Source of the DNA: Oikopleura dioica | Taxonomy: Eukaryota; Animalia; Chordata | DNA length: 64,000 nucleotides | Direction of reading: 5' to 3' | Assembly: GCA_907165135.1 (NCBI GenBank) | Contig: OU015568.1 | Coordinates: 16,503,208-16,567,207 of the forward strand | Part shown: piece after piece, positions 25,124 to 35,480 of the stretch | Layout: every line of letters begins with the position of its first letter | Numbering within the stretch: the stretch's first letter is position 1 | Made by a program: the position numbers and the translations under genes | The notes under the pieces: generated by a model | Seen by the model: only the letters and a program-made list of their open reading frames with translations | Told to the model about the DNA's origin: nothing | Databases searched by the model: none

Positions 25124-25365
25124 CTGGGCTCAAAAACATATAAAGAAAACCTGAGTCAGGGTCAGATAAGGCTAAAATGAAAAGCCGCATAGCGGCTTCT
25201 TTCAAATTAAAGCCGCGAAGCGGCTTTGGAAATAAAACTTTACAATCTTTTTGAAAATTCTGGCGAAGCCGCTATGCGGCTTCGTATTTCAAAAAGCCGC
25301 TGCGCGGCTTTGCATTTTAGCCTTTTCAGAACCTGACTCAGGATTTCTACACAGGCTGCCGACCT
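25124..25365. mobile_element. Family A MITE (four-hairpin form)
   Basis: ctgggctc...cctgagtcagg, four gccgc/gcggc hairpins, cctgactcagg...acaggctgccga. Confidence 0.8.
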
Positions 25366-25792
25366 ACTAGTAGACCCTAACCCTTTTTAGACAAGATCTT
25401 TATTTTACCTCTCCAGCTGCACTTGGCCAAGTATTAAGGCTCTCCACCGAGTAATCAGAACAATTCGGATAAAAAAGCAATAAGGAAGCATCGGCAACAA
25501 TCTCTAACAAAATCAGAGTCGACAAAAAACGCATCTTTTCTTCATTCAACTAGAATTTTTCAACTTGTTTCTTTTCTTCGCTATTTTTTGAGACTGAACT
25601 TTCCAGTAAGAAAACAGAAGCTTGGGGGATTGGAGATCGATTGGGCCATCCGGAGAGACGAGCGCCGGAAGATTATCGGATCTGGGGCGTTTTTAAGCCA
25701 CTTTATCCGGCAACGGACACAACATTTTTATTCGGCGCAGTCTTTTGAACACACGAAAAATTGGGAATCAATCAGAACCCTTAACGTTTCAA

Positions 25793-25895
25793 CTGGGCTC
25801 AGCAACCTGTGAACAAAACCTGTGTCAGGCTTTGCGCTATCATTTTAGTTCGTTAAAGCCTGTCTCAGGGTTTCCACACAGGTTTCCTAGCCCAG
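25793..25895. mobile_element. Family A MITE (ends only, degenerate)
   Basis: ctgggctcagcaacctgtg ... cacaggtttcctagcccag. Confidence 0.65.
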
Positions 25896-26344
25896 AGTTA
25901 AAACCTACTAAGATAACTCTGCTTTTTTCTTTGTCTCATAGGCTTTGTTCTTATTATTTTTTTCTAAAATGATAAATTTTAAAAATTTTCAAAATTTGGT
26001 CAAACTTTATTTTATACCTTTTTGAGAATCTGACCAAAAAAATCAAATTAATCAGCTTCTTATAAAAATCATCAAAACCCACTAATTGTGATGGCGTACG
26101 CCGTAAAAATAAATCAAATGAGCTGCCCACCGGAAATAGATTAATTTCATTATCAAGAATCTCGGAAGGTCTAAGAACCAAAGAATCTTTTTATCGGTTC
26201 ATGCTATCATAGCATTTCTATGAGTCTGCTGTCTAATCATCAGAATTCAATCATTAGGTCATAAAATTAAGGCTTTTAAGAAGTTCTCCCGCTGCTTTTT
26301 CAAATTAAATACAAAGAGACGTTTTTACGGAGAAAAAATCAGAC

Positions 26345-29300
26345 ATGTCAAAGTGCTTTTGTGGGTTGTTTGAAAAGAAGCCAGCTATAAAGCCTTGTAA
26401 GCGAATAATATTTCCAATGGCCTTGTTCATTTAAAAATTTTCTATTTAGCGAAGCCTCTGGAGCTGAAGGTCGCGGAGCCTTTTGTAAATGAGCTTGGCG
26501 AACCAACAAATGGAGCCTCGGAAGGTAACTTCAAAGATCCAGTCGACTGGTTGGTCGACGAGAATGGGAAAAGGCACCGGACCAACATGTACGATCAGAA
26601 AAACCTGATCGTGCGCCGCGCTGGAACGATAAAACTGAAGGTCGCGTTCATGCGCGAATTCAACTCGGCAGGAGACACGCTTAGACTCGAGTTTTCGACT
26701 GGCAAAGCGCCGGCTATTCAGTTCGGAACGATGGCCATTGTCGATTGCAAGGAAGACGGGAAGTTGGATAAGCTCGGCTGGTCAGGCACGCTTGAAGTGA
26801 ACGATAAAATGATCGAGGTCGTTGTCAATGTTCCTCCAACAGCGGCTATTGGAAAATACTCTGTCAAGGTTTCCGCGAATTCTCAACTTCTTATTCGTCA
26901 ATTTTCATTTTCAGTTGTCGCTGAGAACACTTCTCATCGACGGTTCAATCAGCGTTTCTTCCTCCAACCAGCCAAGTATCTACATCATCGCGAATCCAAT
27001 GTCCGAGCTGGACGGATGCTATTATGAAAACGACAACAGCGAGGAGTTCCTCGATGAGTACGTCTTCAACGACGTCGGAGCCATTTGGTCAGAAGACCGC
27101 GATTATGGCAGATTCAAATGGCTCTACGGACAATTTCAAGAGCCCGTTCTCGACCTTGCCTGCCATCTACTCGCGAATGATGATCGAACCAAAAAACCGT
27201 CTGGGGAGTGTGGCTTCGAGATCTCATTAAAATCGTCCGTTTGTTGAGCTCTAAGGCCAACTCCAACGACAACCGTGGCATTCTTGTAGGAAAATGGGAA
27301 GAACCCTACGACGATGGAAAAAGGCCGACTTCTTGGAGCGGATCCGTCAATATTTGCCGGCAATACATCAAGAATGGATACAGACCGGTCAAATACGGAC
27401 AGTGCTGGGTCTTTTCCGGACTTTTGACGAGCTTGCTGAGGTCGATCGGGATCCCGACTAGATCTGTCACCAATTTCTCTTCCGCCCACGACGGGGACGA
27501 CACGATGACAATCGACATCTACAAGGACAAAGATAACAATGAAGTTCGGCTGAATAGAAGCAGAGATTCCGTCTGGAACTTCCACGTCTGGAACGAGTGC
27601 TGGCTCCAGCGCCCTGACTTCCCGAAAAATATGGGTCTCGACGGCTGGCAGGCTGTTGATGCCACGCCGCAAGAATACTCGAATGGAATCTATCAGTGCG
27701 GCCCAGCGCCAGTAATAGCTGTTCGCCAAGGACAAACGTTTTTGAACTTCGACACCAACTTTGTCTATGGCGAGGTCAACGCGGACAGATGCACCTGGCG
27801 GCTGAACGAAAACTACGAAATTGTTGAGCTGACGGAAAGGAAAACGGACGGGATTGGACGCTTCATTTCGACGAAAGCGGAAGGAAGAAATAATTTTGCG
27901 CGGAGGGATTTGACAGATCAGTACAAATTCCGGTAAATGAGGAATTTAAAAGGTGTAGCGGGGTTATCAGTTGGGCGCCCTGACTGTCCTTTATTGGCCC
28001 TTATCTCGGTTAGGGTCAGAGTTGCAAATTTTGGTTCATTTTTGCTGAGCTGAGCTGACCTGATATTTGTGAAAAATTCTATGAGCTGCCCTTTTTCATA
28101 GGTCATTGAGCTGAGCTGAGCTGAGCAGACCCTAATTAGAGCTGAGCTGAGCTAAGTGAGCTGAACTGAGCTGTTTTTTTTGTATTTTTAGTAGTAAAAT
28201 TGTGTTAAAATCATTGAGCTGGGCTGAGCTGAGCAGAACTGATCATGTTCAAAAATTATTGAGCTGAGCTGAGTGATAATTGTATGAGCTGAGCTGAGCA
28301 GATCAGATCATTTTAGAAAATTACTGAGCGACTGCTCAGCTCACTCAGCTCAACAAATTTCCAACTCTGGTTAGGGTTAGGGACAACCGACTGGGGGTTC
28401 CTATTGGGGGTTCCGGGGGCGAAGCCTCCTGCGTTAGGCGTAAGGGGGTCCTGAAGGCGTACCCTTTGGGTACGGTTTAGGGGTGCTGACTTTTGACACC
28501 CTTCTATCGTTAAAAATATATAATATTTTATAATTATAATATAATATTTAATATTTTCGTTCAGGGAAGGGTCAAAAGAAGAACGAGAGGCATTCGACCG
28601 GGCTGTGGCTTACGCCGGAAACAGCAGGAGAGAAAGACGAGAATTCATGTTGAGAAACTACTCGAAAATCCAACGCGAGCTTCTGAACAAGACTCGCTCG
28701 ATGCTAAAATTAGAAATCGTCACGGGAGAATTTTCGATCGGCGACGACCTTGAAATCAAGCTCTTGGTTGTTTCTGCGGACAACAAAGTCGTTGAACTCG
28801 TTGAAAAGCCTAAGTTGACACTTTACTCAACTTACTACAGTTTCGGTTCCATAAAAGCTGAAGATATTTTTCGAGAAAACTTTTTTCTCGAATATTTTCT
28901 AGAATTTTTTTCGAGAAAATTGTTTTCTCGAATTTTTTTGAAAAATTTTCGAGAGAATTATTTTTTCGAATATTTTCAAAAAAAAAATTCGAGACAATAA
29001 TTTTCTCGATTTTTTTTTCTTTTTTCGAGAAAATTATTTCTCGATTTTTTTCTTTTTTCGAGAAAATTATTTCTCGAATATTTTTAGAAAATATTTTTCG
29101 AACCCAAAAACAGAGGAGGAGTAAGCCAGGTTATCGGCCAGCGCGCTTTGAAGCAAAGTTCCATCCAGAAGCGCTTCGACTCTTCAGTCGTTTTCTCCCA
29201 CAAGGAATACGAAGGGCGACTCGCTCGCGATGGCCAGAGTCACATGAGAGCAGATGCGATGATCAAGGTCAAAAATCCGACAACTGGCGAGATCGAGACG

Positions 29301-29938
29301 CACACGACCAGACACGACTTTACTCTCAGAGTTCCTCCTATGGTTACCATTGCTGTGAGTCGATTTTCTCGATGAGTTTTGTTTTTCATAAGAATTTTAG
29401 TTCAATCGGAAGAAAGCCTACGCGAGTGATCCTTGCAGCTGCGAGATCAAGATTCAAACCCCTTGACATATCCGCTTCAAAATGCTTCCCTCACGGTCGA
29501 AGCTAATGGTCTTTTTGCTGACAGAAGCTTCAATGAGAATGTTTTATTTATTCCTCAATTTGAGAGTGAAAACTTAAGGGTATCCCCGAATAATCCATTT
29601 TTTGCACTAGAACTCTTTCTGAGCTACAATTTGATACCAAAATCATTCGATTTCTTAAGAGTCTAGAGGTAGAAATCGCTGTTTGAAAATATCGTCAAAC
29701 TCGACGGGGGGATCCTTAAGAAGACATTTTTATAATTTTTTTCTTTAGACTCACACTTGAGCCAAGAACACCCTACACGTTGAATTTTGATTTCACTCCT
29801 GAAAAGGCGGGAAATTTCACGATTGTCGTCGATCTCGACAGTCGAGAAGTTCAAGTAAGTGTATTCACCCTCGACTTTTTCTATCAATCAATTTTTTAGA
29901 ATATCAAAGCTGATGCCACCTTCGAAGTCCTGGAATAA
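26345..29938 (+). CDS. Protein-glutamine gamma-glutamyltransferase (transglutaminase); exons approx. 26345-26396, 26450-26868, 26915-27932, 28565-28839, 29116-29354, 29401-~29540, ~29760-29854, 29900-29938
   Basis: Catalytic triad motifs VKYGQCWVFSG (Cys), WNFHVWNECW (His) and GWQAVDATPQE (Asp); N-terminal LIVRR; YKFREGSKEER; C-terminal beta-barrel NPLTYPLQNASLTVE. One-base frameshifts near 27190-27210 and ~29457. Confidence 0.93.
27952..28500 (+). repeat. Family E dispersed repeat (also 46980-47315), interrupted by a MITE in both copies
   Basis: Shared ggtgtagcggggttatc...gggcgccc...tgactgtcct...ggttagggtt...gcgaagcc block. Confidence 0.65.
28017..28369. mobile_element. hAT-like MITE filled with (GAGCT)n pentamers
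   Basis: TIR CAGAGTTG(C/G)AAATTT; 8-bp direct repeat GTTAGGGT at 28009-28016 and 28370-28377; internal gagctgagctgagct runs. Confidence 0.85.
28865..29100. repeat. Intronic low-complexity array of ttttcgagaaaa / ttttctcgaa palindromic units
   Basis: Alternating tcgagaaaa and ttttctcga units repeated more than 10 times. Confidence 0.8.
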
Positions 29939-30374
29939 GCCGCCTTGAAATCTGCCCGCGCTTTGAACTCGAATATCTAATTTATAATTTTTCTGCTGAA
30001 ATTTTTTATTGCCACAATGTAAATAAACAAAAAATATGTTAAATCGAAGTGGAAGAATTTCAAGGGGGAAGACATCAAGAATGATGATTTTCGAAACGAA
30101 AATGAATATGAACAGTATCAAGAAAGTGAGCTGAAATCTTTCTTTTTGTTGCCACAAGTAGTTTTATCAAGTTTGTGGTGCTCAAGGTTTCTTTATATAT
30201 TTTTATTAGATCAAATATAGGAAATAATTTCTCTCTTATTTCTTAGCAATATCGTTTTCAAAAAGGTTGTTCCACTGACATAATTTTATGGCTCATAAAA
30301 AATGTATTCAAATATAAATTCTTCTTCACACAAATGGATCATATCAAAGATTCGATTTTTCGGGGACGAGAGAA

Positions 30375-32687
30375 ATGAAAAATCTAATAATTGGTTTAAC
30401 AGTTTTTTTCGTCTTTCTCATTTCTTCGGGCGTTCTACTTTATGTCTTTATTGATTTTGGGAATGACGAATTTACCATCAACGAAGATTTGGATCTTGAC
30501 TTTGACAATTTCACGAAGAGTAAAATTGTCACTGTTGAATTAGACGACAAAGGTTATAAAAAGGCGAAATATAAACTAAAAGAATAATCAGAGATGACTG
30601 CGATTTTCACTTCTGATGCATCATTCTCAGATTCAATGGACTTTTGCAGTGAAAAGAATGGAACCCTTGCCTGGAATAGGAAATTGTAAAATTTTTCTAT
30701 TACGGAGACAGACTCCCTTATTTTAAAATTTGCTGATATTCTGGACTAAACCAAAAAATAGAAGTGAATTTCGGATAACCAATAAGATTGCTGTATTTGG
30801 CCTACCGGCCAATCAAAACCATGATCCATTAAATCACTTCCATTTTTCGGTTTTGCCCGATAAATTCTTGAGTTAGGGTTAGAGTGGTCTCCGTTTGCCC
30901 AAGTCGCCGTTTGCCCAAGTCGCCGTCTACCCAAGATCGCCGTTTGCCCAACTTGGGCAGACGGAGACTTGGGCAAACGGCGATCTTAGGCAGACGGCGA
31001 TCAAATTGAAAATATAATCATAATTCAATTCAAAGAAATTAATTATGAAATCAAAATTAGCAGGATAGGATAGATTTTAAGTGGTAAAGTTAAATCGCTA
31101 GTTTTACGTCCGAGGCCTACACATTGAGGAAACGATGGATGCGCCGAGTCCTCACAAGCGCTAATCCCCAACTTGGTTGAATTGATGGTTTCCCATATTG
31201 CTGTTTCTTGTGATTCATTTTCGGTCCGTTCTATTTTTGGAATTGCTTCTGATTGAAACTGAGGGAAAACAGTCATTGTGAGAAGTGAGAAAAAGGGAAA
31301 AACTGATGAAACACTTCCCAAAACCTCCGGGAGACGGACGGTGCCGGAACCAAATTGGTACCCGGTACCAAAGTCAAGCATATTTTCTGGCTCATCTAAA
31401 AACTAATGTCCGCTCCGCGGCTGCAGTGTGAGGAAACTCTATTTATGGAACGAATATGGAGACATGTTTGAAATCCCGGGTAAAGGCTCGCTTTCACCGG
31501 TACCTAATGACCGACCGAATATACTTCAAGTATAATGAATGATTAACTCTTCCGGGAATAGTTTATTAGGACTTTTATTGAGAATTTAGCGACTTTCATA
31601 ATTAAACCATCCATTACGAAGGCTCTTCGTTAACAATGTAAACGATGTCATAATTCGGAAAGCTTCCGTAGAGTCCACGATACTGTTTTTTCATTTCGTC
31701 TCTTATTTATGTGTTTATGCTCAAGAATTTATTCGAAAATCGGATACAACTATTGAAAAACAATATAAGAAAATTGTGGTGGTCTTGTCAAGGATCCACG
31801 GTTAATAACCGTTCAAAAGACATCACAGGACAACCTTTGTTTTCACCTGAAAGTCTCTGCAAATCAGAGCGCAACCAGCAGACTAAGTGATGATAATGAA
31901 ATTGTCGCCTTACTTCTATCATTTTATGATCAATTAAAAAAATTCACATCGCCGTTTGCCTAAGATCTCCGTCTGCCCAAGTTGGGCAAACGGCGACTTG
32001 GGCAGACGGCGACTTGGGCAAACGGCGACTTGGGCAAACGGAGACCACTCTTAGGGTTAGGTTCGTAGTGATGGTTTTACATGATGAAAAAAGAGTCACG
32101 AAAATCTCTGACTTTTCTGAAGAAGATATTCCCTATTGGATCAATATTAGTGCGAGAACAAACTTTTCGGACAAGAATCTTGAACCTGAATATAAAAAGG
32201 TAAGCTTTTTGTTTGATTTTTAATTGAATTTTTAATAATAAAGCATCAAAATTTGGTCTCTCAAACTGGGGGACATGTTGGTCTGGCAATTTATTCACCA
32301 ACTGAGTCCTGCATTTTTATATTCGCCGATATCTGGACAAATATTGGAGCCAACTACCAATTCGTCTGCCAGAACCAAATATTCGACGAGGAAGGGAGGG
32401 TGATAATAATAAACGACAGCTCAATCAGCTGCGAAATGCTGAAAATCAACAAGACCTTCTTCGACGAGTTCAATTTGTGGAACAAAGACTTCTTGAACAT
32501 TTCCTGGATAATCGATAATAAAGAAAAGCAGCCTTATTCGTACAGACTGCTCCTTGGATTTAAAACAGCCCTGATGTCGAAGAACAGACCGGCTTTCTGC
32601 AGTGCTCACCAAAAATCATTCCTCAAGGAATCCTTTGGGTGTCTTCAAGAGATTCTTATGTCTCGGCTGAAAATAATTATGAGTTAG
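30375..32687 (+). CDS. Probable type II membrane protein with a divergent C-type-lectin-like domain
   Basis: N-terminal hydrophobic anchor LIIGLTVFFVFLISSGVLLYVFI; 40-nt intron; FSDSMDFCSEKNGTLA; then, after the MULE-containing intron, IPYWINIS...ESCIFIFADIW...YQFVCQ. Confidence 0.45.
30882..32050. mobile_element. MULE/Foldback-like non-autonomous element, 1169 bp
   Basis: TIR GAGTGGTCTCCGTTTGCCCAAGTCGCC with arms built of ~17-bp cgccgtttgcccaagt subrepeats; 9-bp direct repeat TTAGGGTTA at 30873-30881 and 32051-32059. Confidence 0.88.
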
Positions 32688-32786
32688 TAGATAATTTTAC
32701 GGAATGAAAATTACCATAGGACCCCCTTAAGTTGTTGTTAAATCATGCCCCATTTGCTCCTTAGCTTTTGATACAATTGTAAAGCG

Positions 32787-32891
32787 TACCCCTGTATTCT
32801 CAAAATGGTGAAAATGACGACGTGACAAAGTAAAGATGACTCATTTGCAATGTCACGTCGTCATTTTCAACACTTTGAAAATATAGGGGTA
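32787..32891. mobile_element. Short palindromic MITE
   Basis: tacccctg...gaaaatgacgacgtgaca pairs with tgtcacgtcgtcattttc...taggggta. Confidence 0.7.
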
Positions 32892-32908
32892 TGTTATATC
32901 AAAAATAA

Positions 32909-33065
32909 GGGATGGTGTCTGGAACCGACAAAAAATTTCGACAAAATTTGCGTAGGCGGCTACTCGGCTGCTGATTGGCCGGTTTGCTGAATCTAGGCTT
33001 CTGATTGGTTGAAAATTTCCACGCAAAATTTGTCGAAATTTTTTTGTCGGTTCCAGAGACCTCCC
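32909..33065. mobile_element. Family D MULE-like MITE (157 bp)
   Basis: TIR ggtgtctggaaccgacaaaaaatttcgacaaaatttg; 9-bp TSD CAAAAATAA at 32900-32908 and 33066-33074. Confidence 0.88.
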
Positions 33066-33914
33066 CAAAAATAAGGGGGCAAATGGGAAAAGATTAAACA
33101 ATAATGTTATGGAAAAATCGTTGATGACACCCTTAAAGGGGGCCCTCTGGTAGTAGACCATTTAGTTCTCCAGCCATCTGCATTATTGATTCCTGAAAAA
33201 TTCGACTGTTCTTGTTTCTGAAAAATAAAATCTTTAATTTTCGACGTGTACTCCAGCTACAGTAATAAAGTCTTCCAGGTAGAGCCGAGGATTTGCAATC
33301 TTCCCCGGCGGTCAATATCTAATTAAAACTTCACCTTTGAGAACCACCGAAATGAATTAATCCGGCCTCAATTTCTCCGCGATGCGTCGTTGTTTATACA
33401 GAACTAAACAACTCGAGAAGGCGCAAACGGCAACAAGCAAAAAAAGACGACTGAGATTGAACAGAGATTGAGTCACGTGAGTCACGTTGGAGCAGCTTGT
33501 TGTGAAACGTAGCGACGATTTCGCTAAGTAGGGCCGCAGAGCACTAAGTGCTTATTTTTAATATCTTTTGAGCTCTTATAAATATCAATGATCAATCCTC
33601 CCAATTTGGGTCACAATCGGACTCAACCAAAAAATATCAACTTGCTGAAATTCAAGAAGGTTAAAAGACATGAGCTAAGGTCTACGGATTCTCTTTTTTA
33701 AGCTGACAACGCGAAAAGGACAACTGATTGAAAACAATATTTGAGCAAATAATTGATAAAAAGATTCGTTTCATGAGGGGTCAATTGAAATCCTTTAGTA
33801 CGGCTTAAAGTTTTTGGTTAGTCCAAAGCCCGGGCCGAAGGGTTAGGGTTGGCCTTCAAAAGCTTAACCCTAACCCTACCTGCCGACTGAAAAATTAGAG
33901 AGGCTGCAGAAATC

Positions 33915-34603
33915 GGTTACACGACGTTTTCAGCATACCGACGTTTTCAGCAACCGACGTTTTCAGCAAACCGACGAATTCAGCAGCGCTGAAAATGTCG
34001 GTATGCTGAAAACGTCGGTTTGCTGAAAACGTCGTTTTCACCTGAAAACGCGTGGGCGTTTGCAGTGGCGAAATTTTCAAACAAACGGATCTAAAGATGA
34101 CGTTCTCGGAATTTAATTGGCTAATTAAAAGTTTAAAGCATTTCTAAATGAGTCATTAAAAATTCATTATTTTGAAAAAGTAATAAGAATAAGCCAAATA
34201 TCTTTTTAATACATAATTATCATAATAATCATAGTCACCAGTTAATTAACAATATTAACGTATTATTCAGTTTCGTGAATATGCTTTTAAAACATTGAAA
34301 ATAATGATAAATCAATATTTTAAAGGATAAGAATAATAATTTTATTAAATATAATCTTTTGTAACTGATTCATTAATATTACATCGATTTTATGTTATTT
34401 AACGATTTACGGAAACATCTTTTCAGATGAAGTTTGATAAAATGGTTGCCTCTCTAAACGCCTACGCGTTTTCAGGTGAAAAACGACGTTTTCAGCAAAC
34501 CGACGTTTTCAGCAAACCGACGAATTCAGCAGCGCTGAAAATGTCGGTATGCTGAAAACGTCGGTTGCTGAAAACGTCGGTATGCTGAAAACGTCGTGTA
34601 ACC
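33915..34603. mobile_element. MULE/Foldback-like element, 689 bp, with modular arms and an AT-rich core
   Basis: GGTTACACGACGTTTTCAGC ... GCTGAAAACGTCGTGTAACC; 9-bp TSD GCAGAAATC at 33906-33914 and 34604-34612; arms of ccgacgttttcagc subrepeats. Confidence 0.9.
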
Positions 34604-35480
34604 GCAGAAATCGACAATTTTCGGCCAAAAGTAAACCGAAAATTTTGGACCAATAAGATTTAAGTATTCGTCGTGTTGGCGAATCAGATTTCAGAAAAAG
34701 GTCTTTTTGAATAATGCCTACTGTAAAGGACTTACAGTTAGGGGTTAGAGTTGGCGTTAAAAAGCTTAACCCTAACCCTAACCGAAAGCCCTACACGGTA
34801 GGCATTTTTCAAAAAACCTATTTTTTGCAAAATTATTTCTGAAGTCTGATTGGCCATCTGGCCGTTTGTTGAAATCTTATTGGTCAAAAATTTTCTGAAG
34901 ACTTTTGGCCGAAACTTGCCGATTTCCGCACCCTCCCTAATTTTCCAGTCGGCTTTTGATGTGAAATCAACTTTCTGAAAGAGAATAAGGGTGTCACTAT
35001 GTTTATTTTTTATCGGGAGAGTATTCCCTGAAAAAGGTCCTCTTCTGACCTTATAGATTCTCTACAATAAATTTTGATGATGAATATCAACCATGGTCAA
35101 AAGCGGCTATTTTTATTGTGTACTTTTCGATTTCTATTTTTGACACGATGATTTATGGATGTAACCATTAGCGCGTTAAGAGTTAACGATGGGAAGCACC
35201 AATTCAAATTGCAAAGCCTATTTTTATACCAAACTCGAAGGCGATCAGAAAAATTAAAAGCAGCGTAGAAAGATGAATTCTCGGAGAAACAACGTTTTCA
35301 AGGGGCGGCTGAATTTTTGAAAAACTCGGAGAAAAGAAACGGTTTTGCGAAAAAATGTGAAAAATAATTATTGGTAAAAATCATTTTTATGAGCTCCAGT
35401 CAAAAACTATAAAATCCTTTCTCACTTGTTGAAAAGGAACCTAGTCATTTTCGATAGCTAAAAGTAGAAAAAGGAAGAAA

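Noticed and set aside
27190-27210. Programmed ribosomal frameshift in the transglutaminase
   Set aside because: There is no canonical slippery heptamer plus structure, and similar indels occur in many genes and differ between the duplicated copies, which points to sequencing error.
28017-28369. Immunoglobulin switch region
   Set aside because: It is only ~350 bp, bounded by TIRs and a TSD, lies in a transglutaminase intron, and there are no Ig genes.
31043-31381. Transposase remnant inside the MULE-like element
   Set aside because: No DDE or other MULE motif could be recognised with confidence.
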